A DNA stretch of 63,512 nucleotides. Origin: Gekko japonicus (lineage: Eukaryota). The notes under the pieces were generated by a model that searched no databases, was not told the DNA's origin, and worked only from the letters and a program-made list of their open reading frames with translations. The first letter of the stretch is position 1; the number at the start of each line of letters is the position of its first letter. A program made the translations under genes and the position numbers. Below are positions 38,163-51,196 of the stretch, piece by piece. The DNA lies in the NCBI RefSeq assembly GCF_001447785.1, contig NW_015167580.1, forward strand, positions 396,687 to 460,198. The letters are read 5' to 3'.

Positions 38163-40515
38163 TGAGTTAAGTGAAGGCAGGACAGAGCATGTGCTCAAGT
38201 GTAATAGTTGTTTCCCCAAGAAGATCTTACCAGCCACCTGATCCAATTTCAGCTCTGCATATGCATCTTGGCACTGAGTGGCCCCTCCTGACGGCTGCCC
38301 CCACCCTCTTTTTTCCTGTAAGTAACCGTTGAGGAGATTTTATTCCAATTTGTCTGAAGAAGTGTGCTTTGCACATGAAAGCTGACACTTTGAAGAAGAC
38401 TTTGTTGGTCTTAAAGGTGCCAACTGGTCTCCAACTCTGTTCTCTAGCACAAATTGTTGCAACATTAGAGAGGGAGGGGGAGCACACAAACTTCAACCAT
38501 CTTGAAAAGGAAAAGGAAAGCACAGTGAAATACTTGGGGCGTTGCGACAGACAGAGACGGATTTCTCTAAGTCCTAAGTGGAACACGATAGGCTGCAAAC
38601 ATGGTCATGTGACAGGAAGAGGGGGAACCAGAGTTGTGACAGGACAGTGGGCAGCTGACTATGAAAGCTGAGGAGGATGGGTGATACAAGCAGTGCATAG
38701 GGAGGTGTACTATAGTAAGGAAGAAGCTGAGGATTAAAGGCAGGAAGGCATTCACTCTGCCCCTCAGCAACTTTGCCTCAGTATCCTGGTGATTTTCTGA
38801 GTATGCTTGCAATGAGAATCAGGAGGCATGGCACCCTTTGTCTCCACATAGCTATCAGAAATAAACCCAGCAAATCCAAGTATCCCACCGGCGTAATCTG
38901 CGGGGGGGCTGAGGGGCTTGCGCCCCCCCCCCGAAATTTCCCCAGAAGCCCCGCCCACCCACTGCGAAGCAAGCTGCCCGGCCCCAGCCCCGCCGAGAGC
39001 GGCCCTGCGGCCGCCATGGGAACAAGTGTGTGTCGCGGGACGCGGCGGAGGGGCACCTGCTGGGCTGCGCCAGGGCACACCGAGCCAGCGCGGGTCACCG
39101 CGGACGGGGACTTGTGTGACTCGGCGCGGCGGCGGCCGCTCCAGGCCCGTGCACGACCCTTGGCTTGGGTGCGTGCGCACCTTCTGGGGCCCAGAGAGCC
39201 TCCGGCGCGACCTGGCTGCCTTGGCCGCGCAGCGGGACTCCTGCTGGGGAGCGCGGAGTGGCTGGGGGCAGTCCGGGCCCGCGCAGGCGACGCCGCTCCG
39301 CCTCCAGGGGTGTGGACGTCCAGCGGCGACTCCGACGGGCTGCGGTCATGCACACTTGCTTCTCGTCTATCTGCTGCTCGGGCGGCTCTCAGGGGTTTCC
39401 TCACCTGGCAACAGCCGGGTCAGCGCCCAGGCCTTTTTCTCATTGGCTGCCTCTGCGCCGCTCTCCTCCCTCACCCACCGCGGCCAGGACCGAGCTCAGT
39501 CGTGCGCCTCTGCCAGCCCCGTCGGTGTCCCCATTGCTGCCTGGCCCTCCCTCCCCATTGGACGCGTCCCGCCTTGGAGATGGCAACAGGAATGGGGGGC
39601 CTGGCCGGGAACCTGTGGCTGCTGTTGCCCTTCCTGGGGGGCCGCCTAGTGACAGATAAGTGCCTCCCCCCCCCCGCCCAGGTGCCTGAGGGCGATGGTG
39701 CAGCCTGGCGGGAGGGGGGAGTTGGAAGGAGGAACGACTCGGCAGGAAGAGAGGCTGGAAGGAATGGGTTTATTTGGGGGCGGGGAGGGCAGGGCTCATA
39801 AGAACATCAGAGAAGCCGGTGTTGGATCAGGCCAACGGCCCATCCAGTCCAACACTCTGTGCCACACAGTGGCCAGAAATACCAGGGGCCATCAGGAGGT
39901 CCAGCAGTGGGGCCAGGACACTAGANNNNNNNNNNNNNNNNNNNNNNNNNNNNNNNNNNNNNNNNNNNNNNNNNNNNNNNNNNNNNNNNNNNNNNNNNNN
40001 NNNNNNNNNNNNNNNNNNNNNNNNNNNNNNNNNNNNNNNNNNNNNNNNNNNNNNNNNNNNNNNNNNNNNNNNNNNNNNNNNNNNNNNNNNNNNNNNNNNN
40101 NNNNNNNNNNNNNNNNNNNNNNNNNNNNNNNNNNNNNNNNNNNNNNNNNNNNNNNNNNNNNNNNNNNNNNNNNNNNNNNNNNNNNNNNNNNNNNNNNNNN
40201 NNNNNNNNNNNNNNNNNNNNNNNNNNNNNNNNNNNNNNNNNNNNNNNNNNNNNNNNNNNNNNNNNNNNNNNNNNNNNNAGGCGCGGAGCTCTCTCTCTCC
40301 CTCCCCTTCCTCCCTCTCTCTCTCTCTCTGAAAGAGCTGTGACTGACCCAAGGTCACCCAGCTCACTTTTGAACACCTTTTTAAAAATTGTGTGTGTGTT
40401 ACCCTCACAACAACCCTGTGGGGTAGGTTAGGTAGAGAGGGGGAGATTTGGCCCGGGGTCACTCAGCCAGCAGAGTGAGAATACACTCTGCTGGTTGAGT
40501 GACCCCGGGCCAAAT

Positions 40516-40766
40516 CTAATCTGGGAGAACCGGGTTTGGTTCCCTACTCCTCCACTTGCACCTGCTGATGTGACCTTGGGTCAGTCACAAGCTCTGGCAC
40601 AGCCGTTCTTGAAAAAGAGCAGTTTCTGTCAGAATTCTCTCAGCCCCACCTACCTCACAGGGTGTCTGTTGTGGGAAGGGGAAGGGAAAGGCGTTTGTAA
40701 GCCGCTCTGAGACTCCCTTGGGTAGTGAAGGGCGGGGTATAAATCCAATCTCTTCTTCTTCTTCTT
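40516..40766 (+). mobile_element. Squam3-like SINE, 5'-truncated
   Basis: Same family in forward orientation, ending (CTT)n. Confidence 0.7.
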
Positions 40767-41889
40767 GTGTGGTGGGCTAGTTGTGGCAAATGGTAGGGAA
40801 GCTCAGTATTTCTGTATACAGTTGTAGGGGCTTTATTGCAATGTGGTATGGCCTGATATTATGTTCTTATTCCAGTGTGCAGTGTGTGTGGGGCTTTCTA
40901 AGTTTCTAAGCAGTGTGCTAAGAAGGCAACTGTTCCTGGGGTTAGCCCAGCCCAGGGACATTGCTAGGGCGGTTCCCAGGCCTCCCTAAATTTCTGGGGA
41001 GCCCATCCCTAAATCCCACATGGGTCCACCTCCACAGATAGTAACCATGCCTGTGATATCACTAGCTCCTCCCTATGATGTCATTGGGTCCCAGTTCTTT
41101 TAATGACTTAGCAATGCCTCTGGCCCAGCCCCAGCCCCCCCCGGGAAATTGGAAAGTCTACGCCCTTGAAGTATCCCACCCATCAGCCCACATGCAGCTG
41201 CTTTTACTAAATCAGACTGTTTGTCTTTTTAGGTCCGTATTGTCTGCTCAGAATGGCGGCAGCTCTCCTGTGTCTCATGTAGAAGACTTTCTCATTTTCT
41301 ACTGCCCGATACTATGAACTGGAGAATTCAGGGCTTATAACTGGTCTGGGACCTTCTGCACACAAGGCAGATGCTGCACCACTAAGCCACAGCCCCTTCC
41401 CCAGCTAAGCCATCACGTCCGCTTACATTTTAAAAGGCCAAACTGTGCGCCCTGTCCAACATCCCAAGGACGAGAGGTCGCTCCAGTGCATTGGGGACTG
41501 TGAGAATGCAGAGCTATTCATTCCCAGTTGGGGGAAAGTGGCAGGGTATGACCAAATATGCCTGGTGCAGCGTAACACATTCCCTTCCTCCCAAATGAAC
41601 ATCTATGATAGAAACAATATATCCAACCCAATCCCAAAACTATTTGTTACAGCCCACAGGCAATTCAAATGGCATCTTTTTTGGTGACCTGACTGAAGCA
41701 CACTTTACCAAAAGCAGCACAATTGGCTTTAGTATCCCTGTGACAGTCAGGACCAATCAGCTTAGGTCTGATTACCATGAAGGCGGAGCATAGCTGTAAG
41801 CAGGTTAGGTATAAAGGGCTGTTAGTGTTAGACCTTCCATTGCCTTCTGTCTTGTTTTCTTTCTCACTGGGGCCACCAATCTTATCATC

Positions 41890-42358
41890 ATGTCCTGGGC
41901 TCCCATGCTCAGCCTTCTAGCCTTGTGGTGCACAGGTGAGAGTACAACAAATATACCTAGAAACATTGCTAAGAGAAATGCAGCTGAGAAGCAGCGTGAA
42001 TATGACGGTTTCTGCAATATTAATTTTTTTTGCAGGTTTGAGCTGCCAGGAAGTGATCTCTCAGCCACCCTCAGCTTCCATTTCAGCAGGGAACACAGCG
42101 AAGCTCTCCTGTGCCATGAGCAGAGGGTCCAGCATCAGTGGCTACTATGTGCTCTGGGTCCAGCAGAAGCCTGGGAATCCCCCACGATTCCTCTTCCAGT
42201 ATAAGTCAGATTCCGACAAGTACCAGGGCTCTGGGGTGCCCTCTCGATTTTCTAGTTCCAAAGATACATCCAGCAACACCGGCTATTTAAACATCGCAGG
42301 AGCCTCGGCTGAAGACGAGGCCGATTATTACTGTGCAGTGTGGCACAACAGTGCTTAT
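41890..42358 (+). CDS. IGLV segment V9 (IGLV5-like WHNSA type), apparently functional
   Basis: Leader 41890-41935, intron 41936-42035, V ends CAVWHNSAY with no stop. RSS CACGGTG 42359-42365 / 23 / ACAAAAACC 42389-42397. Confidence 0.93.
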
Positions 42359-42715
42359 CACGGTGACTCAAACAGAAGGGGAAGCTGGACAAAAACCTCT
42401 CATATTCCCTAAGGGGAGCTAAACTGCATATCTTTGTGGTACAGGGGCACCGTCTGACTAATAAAAAAACATTAGATAGTATGAGTAAGTACATGTTATC
42501 ATGAACACAGGAGTCACAGTAAACTTATTCCCTTTTGCATTGACCTTTTCCCCCAATCATCCCCCGTTAGATCAATACGGAAGTGGCAAGATCCCAACCA
42601 GTGCTGTGCAATCCCAGCAAAACTTTGGTTGCCATTGAAGCCTATTGTAGTATTAAGCTTTCAGATCTCCGGTTGTACCTTTAGCTTCTCTGGCAACAGA
42701 GCACTGAATGACTTA

Positions 42716-43089
42716 GGGTGCGTTCAGACGGGGCGTTTCAGCCGGCATAAACTGTACTGGTTGGAACCATTGCAGTTTATGCCAGCTGAAAAGCGATCAC
42801 ACTTACCTCCTGTCTGTGGAGCCCATCGCTGTATGCCCGTTCACACACAGTGGATGGAAGCGGCTCTACAACGGTGGAGAGCGATCAGACCGGGGGGGGG
42901 GAAGTAAAGTGATTACAACCGTTGCACTCAGGATACCACCACTTGGGGACCTAGTAGCAGAATACAACAGTTTAAAGCTCTTTGCAACGGTTAGGGACGG
43001 AAGGCAGATGTTCGCCGTGTAAATGCCGGTAAGTACACTGATTCCAACCGGCACCTATACTGTTGTAAATGCCCCATCTGAACGCACCC
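42716..43089. mobile_element. MITE (Harbinger-like)
   Basis: TIRs GGGTGCGTTCAGACGGGGC / GCCCCATCTGAACGCACCC. Absent from paralogs near 48270 and 55050. Confidence 0.78.
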
Positions 43090-43560
43090 ACAGACTCTCA
43101 AATAGGGTAGCAAATGAATATTCCATGGTGATTCTTCTCAAACGCAAAACATTTTCTTGCTTTATGTTTGGGATGTGTGAACATTACAAGTGGCACCATA
43201 TAAGTCTCAATCATGCAGTAGCAGGACTGGCCCAGGAGATCGAGTCAGTGATTGGAAAAAGAATGTGGAATGCAAATGTGATCTTAAATTTTGGTGTCTA
43301 TCATATTCTCTCTCCCTCTATCTCAGATTGTTGTAGCAATGAAGCAGGAACACATGGAGTTCAACTTTTTTAAAGGGGGGGGGAAACATTTATCAGGATA
43401 TTGCTGCAAGTATGGACAGATGCCTTCATCTAGCGCAGTGCTCTTGTATGTTTTCAGACCCTGGATACACCTTATGCAGCAGCATAGGACCCAATAAGTT
43501 GCAACAGTGTGACATAACCATCATATGACAGGGAAAGGGGGAGCAACAGTTTTGACAGTA

Positions 43561-44069
43561 CTAGGGATGGACACCAACTAGGAAAATGCATTCAGCTCAT
43601 GGTTCGTGGCATGCCGTTTGCGAACCACAGACCATCATGAACTTTTAGCCGCCTCACGAACTGGTTCGATTCATGAGGTGGTAGAATGCCCCCTCCCCCA
43701 GGCATGCTAGAGACACCAAACTCTCAGAGGATCTCCAGCTGACTCTCCTCTACCTGCCCTCCAAGTTTGGTGAGGATTGGATTTAGGGGGTTCAAGTTAT
43801 GGCTCCCCAAAGAAGGTGCCCCAGGAAAGTGCTTTCTGGGGAAAGGACTGCCTAAATCCAATCCTCACCAAACTTGGAGGGCAGGTAGAGGAGAGTCAAC
43901 CAGAGATCCCCTGTGAGTTTGGTGTCTTTAGCATGCCGGCTACCATGTCACATACCTCACAAGCCAAACCAGTTTGTTTGGTGGCTAAAAGTTCATGACA
44001 GTTTGTGGTTCGCGAACCGGGCATACCATGAACTGAAATGCATTTTCTCAGTTTGTGCCCATCCCTACT
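43561..44069. mobile_element. MITE with TAGGGATGG ends and an internally palindromic body
   Basis: TAGGGATGGACAC / GTGCCCATCCCTA, with inverted internal halves. Confidence 0.65.
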
Positions 44070-45331
44070 GTCAACACAAGTCGCCCCCATCCTATAATTA
44101 TGCATTTGATTTTTTTCTGCCTAAATGCAAAACTTTGAATTTATCTTTGTTGAACTTCATTTTGTTACTTTTAAACCAGTTTTCCAGCCTGTCGAGATCA
44201 TCCTGAATCTTGATTCTGTCTTCTACCTACCTACCTACCTACCTATCACCTTTATAGATATAAAAAGCCCACCAATTATTTCAGCATTGGAGAGGGGAAG
44301 TACACAGACTTCCACTATTTAAAAAGGAAAAGTTTTATTCTATACCTCGGGCACTGTTGCAAATATAGGCAGATAGAGTCAGCCACAGAAGTGGGCTTCA
44401 CCCTTCCCACACCCAGGCCCCACTGTTAACCTATAGAAGGCAGCATGGAAGCCACAAAGCTGCAAACATATGACATCACAGTCATGTGATAGGAAGAGTG
44501 TGAACAAGAATTGTGATGGGACACTGACTAGCTGAGACATAAGCAGAACACTGGTGGACTTTTGTGAGGAACAAGCCAAGTGTTAGACTCATGTAGGAAT
44601 TGTTTCCACCGCTGAGTGATTGGTTCTCATTGTCTTACTTGTCATGGGGCTTTACTCCCTACACATGCACACTAGTAGCAGGTTACAAAAACGGCAAAAA
44701 GATGGCAGCTTCAATGCTAAACATGATCTTATTTTAAGGTTTAACATAAATATTAAAAAAAAAACACGTGTGTGACTGACTGAACCCTGGGACACCCAAG
44801 AGGTGAATTTAGCTTCCTTGATGATAATTCTTCAAGTCTGCTGAAACAGCAGTGGAAACTATTCAAGCAACATACATCTCACCACCACTGAACCTATCAA
44901 TTGTACAGTCAAAACGGTTAAACTGTGTATCATTCCCAACCTTCTGCTGAATAGTGGCTTCTGCAGCGCATTGGTGATTGTGAGCATGCAAGTAGCAGGA
45001 TGTGATCCAACATGCCTACTACATCTAAATAAATCAACATCTAGGACTGGAATAAATATCTAACCCAGTCCCGCAATACTTGTCTCTCACAGCTCCAAGT
45101 TTATTGAAATAGCACCCCTTATGAGATCTGTTCAACACATTCTTCACCAGAAATAGCACACCCTCCCTTTGAGCCCTCCTATAATAGCCAGGACCTATCA
45201 GATTAGGGCTGATGACCAAGAAGGTGGAGCACAGATGCAAACAGGATGGATATAAAGGGCCATTAGTGTAAGAATTTCCAATGGTCTTAGTTTTGTTTTC
45301 TTTCCGCATTAGGGAACTCAGACTCAACATC

Positions 45332-45796
45332 ATGCTGTGGTCTGCCATTCTCTCTCTACTAGTCATGTGGTGCACAGGTGAGAATTCACTGAATATACAC
45401 TGAAACGTAGCTAAGGTGAATGCCCTTGGGAAGCAGTGTGAATGTGACAACTGATGCAACCATCTTTTTCCAGGTTCAAACTCTCAGGATGCAATATCTC
45501 AGCCACCAGCAGCATCAGTGTCACCAGGAAACTCAGCAAAAGTCTCCTGCGTCATGAGCAGTGGGTCCAGCATCACTGGCTATGATGTGTTCTGGTTCCA
45601 GCAGAAGCCTGGGAATCCCCCCAGGTTCCTCTTATGGTATCACTCAGATTCCAGAAAGCACCAGGGCTCCGGGATCCCCTCTCGATTTTCTGCTTCCAAA
45701 GATACCTCCAGCAACACCTGCTATTTAAACATTGCTGGAGCCCTGGCAGAAGATGAGGCTGATTATTACTGTTCGGTGTGGCACAACAGTGCTCAG
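45332..45796 (+). CDS. IGLV segment V10, apparently functional
   Basis: Leader 45332-45377, intron 45378-45473, V ends CSVWHNSAQ. Consensus RSS CACAGTG 45797-45803 / 23 / ACAAAAACC 45827-45835. Confidence 0.93.
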
Positions 45797-47409
45797 CACA
45801 GTGACTCAGTCAGATGGGGAAGCCAGACAAAAACCTCGTCTATTCCCTACAGGGAGCTGAACTACACATGTTTATAATGCAGAGACAACATCAGACTAAT
45901 GAAACCATTTGACACAAAATAAGAGTAAACTCAGATTACTTGTCTATTGGTACCTGATAAAAGGAGCTTTGACTCTTGAAATCTCAGATCACGAAAATCT
46001 TGTTGGTTCTAAGGTACTACTGGACCTACATCCAGCTCTTCTGCTACAGAGCAGCATGTCTACTCTCTGAAAATATGTACATACAGTCACATTAAACTTG
46101 TTCCTATTGGTGTGGTCTTTCCCACAAATATACTATTAGATCTACATGGAAACTGATGGTAGGTAGATGCTGGAGTCAGTCCATAAAGCAATCCCAACAA
46201 AGCTTTGTTTCTGGTATAATTAATTACTGAGAACCTTTTTAATGTTATCCAAAGAGCAAGAGTCCAGGAGCACCTTAAAGACTAACAAAATATGTGGCAG
46301 GGAAGGAGCTTTTGCGAGTCACTGCTCACTTCTTCAGATAATGTTATCTGAAGTCATATTTCTCCTGAATTCAGGGTTTCCATTCCTAGAGCCTGATTAA
46401 GCATTTATTTAAGCTCTCAGACTGCTTTCCCCCCACCAATTTCAATGCATTCATATGAACAACATAAAGGGACAATTCTGAAGTGCTATGTTAGGAGTCA
46501 TAAGTATGCAGACCAATTATTCTGGACTGAGAGAAAGAATCAGTATGTCTTTAGTATATGGTCTCTTAGCTTCTATCAGTAGTTCCATGCAGTGTTGTTG
46601 TTGTTGTTTTTTAAATAATATATAGCATTTGTACATGTTTGGTGAACCAAATTCTTTCATCATCCAAGATCTATGCTTAATGGCTACTCTTAAAACCCTA
46701 GGGAGCCACTTCCCCAATAGGGGCCACTCTAACCTGAGGGTCCCTTCCTGCTGGGGCCACCCCAGCCTGAAGAGAACGGTGGATGTGATCCCCCACCATC
46801 CTGAGCTGGAGTCACAGAAAAGGAGGTGCTTGGCTCAGACCACCATGCCCACTGTGGGGCCACTTCTGGCCTTGCCTTGATGAGGGATGCACCTGGACAG
46901 CCCGCCCTTACCGTGTGGCCAGCCTGGGGCCCAGCCTGATATCGCTAAGGGACATAAATCTTGCCTGGATTCACCACCATGAGGGACCTGAGCCCAGCTT
47001 GGCCTTGCCTCATTAAGGGACCTGCACCTTATATGTGCGTGCTGGGTGGTGATGCCCCTTTTTCAGGGGCATTTCCCCTTCCCCACCTTCCCTGAACAGA
47101 ACTCAAATGAGGTCTGTGGGTGAGAGCAGTTTCTTTCCTCAGATTTACGCCAATAATTCAATTGGAAGAGATGCTCTGAAGGGAATCCTCACTAGTACAT
47201 ATCTCTAAAAGCTTCCTCAAGTAGAGAAGCAGTGTTACAAATACTCTAAAACGAATAACCAAATGACATGAAATCATGGTATGTATGATTGTGGTAACTG
47301 CAATTATGACCACTAGAGGATGTCCTTGATGTACCGTGCTGCAGATAATCAAATTTGGTTTCTCTAGTCAAAAGGGGAAGGAGCACAGGTGGTAGTTAAT
47401 GTTCCAGTT

Positions 47410-47533
47410 CAGCAACACCTGCTATTTAAACATCGCAGGAGCCCTGGCAGAAGATGCCAATTATTACTGCTTAGTGTGGCACAACAGTGCTTTTCACAGT
47501 GACTCAGTCAGATGAGGAAGCCAGACCAAAACC
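47410..47533 (+). pseudogene. IGLV 3' fragment V11 (FR3 end + RSS only)
   Basis: SNTCYLNIAGALAEDANYYCLVWHNSAF followed by CACAGTG 47495-47501 / 23 / ACCAAAACC 47525-47533. No promoter, leader or 5' V upstream. Confidence 0.88.
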
Positions 47534-47573
47534 TCTTCTATTCCCCAGGGGGAGCTGAACTGAACGTCTACAT

Positions 47574-47992
47574 CATGGGTGTCAAACATAAGGCCCGGGG
47601 GGCCAGATCAGGCCCATCGAGGGCTTTTATGCAGCCCGCAATCATCTAGTGTAAGGGAGAGAACGGGAGACTGCTCAGGGGGGAGTGGGAGGAGCCACCC
47701 TGATTGTGGCTTCAGCATGATGGAACAACTTTTTCTGCAGCAGTCAGGCAGTGTAGGAGCATCTTCCTAGTGCTGCACCACTGGCTGTCCAGTCCGCCCA
47801 TGCGGGTTTTCCTTTGCACCTCCCTCCCAATGCATGAGAGCTTGCAGTGAGGATACACCAACTCGGGGCTTATCAGCTGCTGTCCTTACAGTTTATATCT
47901 CCTGTACTTGCCATTGTGTTTTATGACACACATGGTTCGGCCCAAGTGACATTTATGTCAGACCTGGCCCTCGTAACAAATGAGTTCAAATG
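47574..47992. mobile_element. hAT non-autonomous element
   Basis: 5' CATGGGTGTCAAAC, 8-bp TSD GTCTACAT. Absent from the paralog near 54780. Confidence 0.75.
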
Positions 47993-49445
47993 GTCTACAT
48001 AGTACAGAGACACCATCAAACTATTAAAACCATTAGACAATATGAGTAAGTGCATGTTGCGATGAACATAAACTTATTCCCTTTGCAGTGCCCTTTCCCA
48101 CAGTTATCCTATGTCGGATCCATATGGAAATGGCTTCCCAACCAGTGCTAGAATCAAATTCTAATGCAAACCCATCAAAATTTTATCTTTGATCATTATT
48201 GAATCCCATCACAGTATTAAGCTTCCAGCTCTCTGACTGCACCTTTAATTCCTCTTGTAACAGAGCACTGAATTATTTGCACATTCACCAATACACCAAG
48301 CAACCGTTTCATGTTCTTTCATCTTGTACTCAAACATTTTCTCACCTTGTTTTTGGGATGTGTGAACATTGTGGCCTTAGTTAGGGAACAAATAATTGTG
48401 TAAGCCGCTCAGAGACCCCTCGGGGTTCGAGCGGGATACAAGCTGAAAGTATAAATAAAAAATAAATAAATTACAAATTGCACCACTGAAGTCTCAATTG
48501 TGCATTAGCAGGATTGGCCCAGGAGATCAAGACCATGACTGGAAAAATAATGTGGAGTGCAAATAATAAGCACAAAAGTGTAATAAGCACTTTCATAAGT
48601 GTAGGTGGGGCAGGTCTTTCATACATGAAACAGTATGAAATGGTTTTCACGCACATTTGTGACTATCTTGATGCAAGTCCTGTCAACACTCATATACAGA
48701 CTGTGATCTAACATATTTGATGTCCATGATATTCTCTCTCTTCCTCTGCCACGGATTGTTGTAGTACTGGAGTGGGGGAACACATAGACTTCAACCATTT
48801 TAAAAAGAAAAGGAAAACACTCAAGTCAGCTATAAGCAGTTGGGTTTATCTAGCACAGTGGTTTTGAACACTTTCAGACCAGGTCTTACTATAGGTGGCA
48901 GCATGGGACCCATTAATTTTCAAGTGTGTGATGTGACTTCACCATCATGTGACAGGAAGAGGGGCAGGCAGGCTTGTGACAGGACAGTGAGCAACAGAAC
49001 AAGGAAACTGGGAATGGGGTGTGTGCCAGGTTGTGGACTATAGTGAGGAACAATCCAAGGCCTAGAGCCATTCAGGAATTGTTTCCCCCATTACAGGTTG
49101 TGGACTATAATGAGGAATGATCTAAAGATGGTCTCATTTACTTGGTATTCTTGCTGCTGAGAAAACAAAGTCACACATGGAGCCCTTGTAAACATTGCCA
49201 ATTAATAGAAGTCCAATATTGTAAGGAAAAAACCTTTGTAAATAGGATAGAGTAGAGATCGGATTCTGATCTAATCAAACCAACTAGGATGAATGGTGTG
49301 TCCTGTTCTCATGGGGCCGAGATGGAGAAGAGTGTGTCAGAGAAGGTGTCAGCCAGGAGGAAGGGAGATTCCGTAAGAGTAGTAATCTACATATCAAAAG
49401 GATAGCATCAGAGCAGTATAATGGAAAGATGCTCAGGGTCCTGAC

Positions 49446-49651
49446 CAGTGTTCCCTCTAAGCTGAGTTAGTGTGGGCTAGCTCACAGTTTTTTAGCCTCC
49501 GGCACACACATTTTTGTCTTGGCTCAGGAAGGAGGGCTCCAGAGCTAACTAATTCATGCAGTAGCCAAATCGCTCGCTCACAACTTTAATACCAGTTGCT
49601 CACAAAGTAGAATTTTTGCTCACAAGACTCTACAGCTTAGAGGGAGCATTG
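49446..49651. mobile_element. hAT MITE (family A)
   Basis: Same element, 8-bp TSD GTCCTGAC. Empty site at the paralog near 56170. Confidence 0.88.
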
Positions 49652-50175
49652 GTCCTGACCTGTCTACCTATGACTGTCTACAGTCCCCCTCTGATGTCCA
49701 AGGCTAAGAGACAGCTCAAAGTCCTTCACCACCAAGATCAAGTACTATACTTTTCACCCCCTTCTAACCCATCAACTATACCTAAGGTGGCCGAAATATG
49801 GGTCTTTCCCAACAATCCAAGAAACAAAGGCTTCTGCCATTAATCGGGGTTTGTAGACTTGCATTCCTGATACTTATCACAAAGTAGCAGGATGTGATCA
49901 AACATGCCAGGCACTTAACCTATTCCCCTCCCTACAACAAGCAGCATCTAAGACTGAAGCAGAACATCCAACCCAGTTTCCAGAATAGAGCCCTCACAAA
50001 AATAGCACATCCTGCCTTTAGGTATCCTTGTGACTGTCAGGACCAATCACATTAGGGCTGATTAATATGAAGGTGGAGCACAGATGTAAACAGGCCAGAT
50101 ATAAGGGACTGTCAATGTCAGAACATCCAGTGTTGTCAGTTTCCTTTCCTCCTTGGACCTACCAATCTCATCATC

Positions 50176-50640
50176 ATGTTCTGGCCTCCTATTCTCAGCC
50201 TTCTGATCATGTGGTGTGCAGGTGAGACAAGGCTCTAAATATACATTAAAACATTGTTAAGGGAATGCAGCACAGAAGCAGCATGTATGTGACAGGTTCT
50301 ACAATATTCTTCTCCAGGTTCGAACTCTCAGGATGTCATATCTCAGCCACCCTCAGCATCGGTGTCACCAGGAAGCACAGTGAAGCTCTCCTGCATCATG
50401 AGCAGTGCACTCAGCATCAGTGGCTATGCTGTACACTGGTTCCAGCAGAAGCCTGGGAATCCCCCCAGATTCCTCTTATGGTACAGCTCAGATTCCAGCA
50501 AAGGCCAGGGTTCCGGAGTCCCCTCTCGATTTTCTGCTTCCAAAGACGCCACCAGCAACACCTGCTATTTAAACATCGCTGGAGCCCTGGCAGAAGATGA
50601 GGGCGATTATCACTGTGCAGTGTGGCACAACAGTGCTTGG
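50176..50640 (+). CDS. IGLV segment V12, open frame but defective heptamer (ORF class)
   Basis: Leader 50176-50221, intron 50222-50317, V ends YHCAVWHNSAW. Heptamer CCCAGTG 50641-50647 / 23 / ACAAAAACC 50671-50679. Confidence 0.88.
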
Positions 50641-51196
50641 CCCAGTGACTCAGTCAGATGGGGAAGCCAGACAAAAACCTCCTCTGGTCCCTAAGGGAAA
50701 CTGCTGAACTGGAGATGTATATAATGCAGAGACACCATTGGCCTAATGCAACCATTAGGAATAAAAGTAAGGCTGAGGACGGACTGGCAGTATGAAGCAC
50801 AAGGGAGGCGGGGCAAAAAGACTTGGACCAAGTTGTGCCGGGGATTCCCTGGTCGCACTGCACCTACTGATGCGGGAGCATACTGGGGAGGAGTTATAAG
50901 GGAGAGTTCACACTGTTGGCCCACCCCTGGCGGAGGCACAGCTGTAAGCAGCTTTTTTCCTCACTCCAGCGACATGCGTCTATACATGGGCACATAGGCG
51001 CAGCACCGCAGCAATGTGGCTTGTTTGCAGCTTTTAGCATGCACACTTCCGGGAAGTGGGATCAACATGCTCTCCAGGGTTTGCTACGGCTTTCACCTGG
51101 TACTTTTTTTAACATGGTAGGGAATCATCATAGGACGGGTTGAGTATGGCTGGAGAATGCCTGAACGCTGTGGCTGTGTGAACCGGCCCCTTTAAT

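Noticed and set aside
38764-39801. Long ORFs (342, 243, 208 aa)
   Set aside because: They overlap in several frames on both strands, are low-complexity Arg/Pro/Gly/Ala and have no domain. This is stop-codon scarcity in GC-rich DNA.
39695-40462. ORFs of 150-215 aa
   Set aside because: Artefacts of translating through the N gap.
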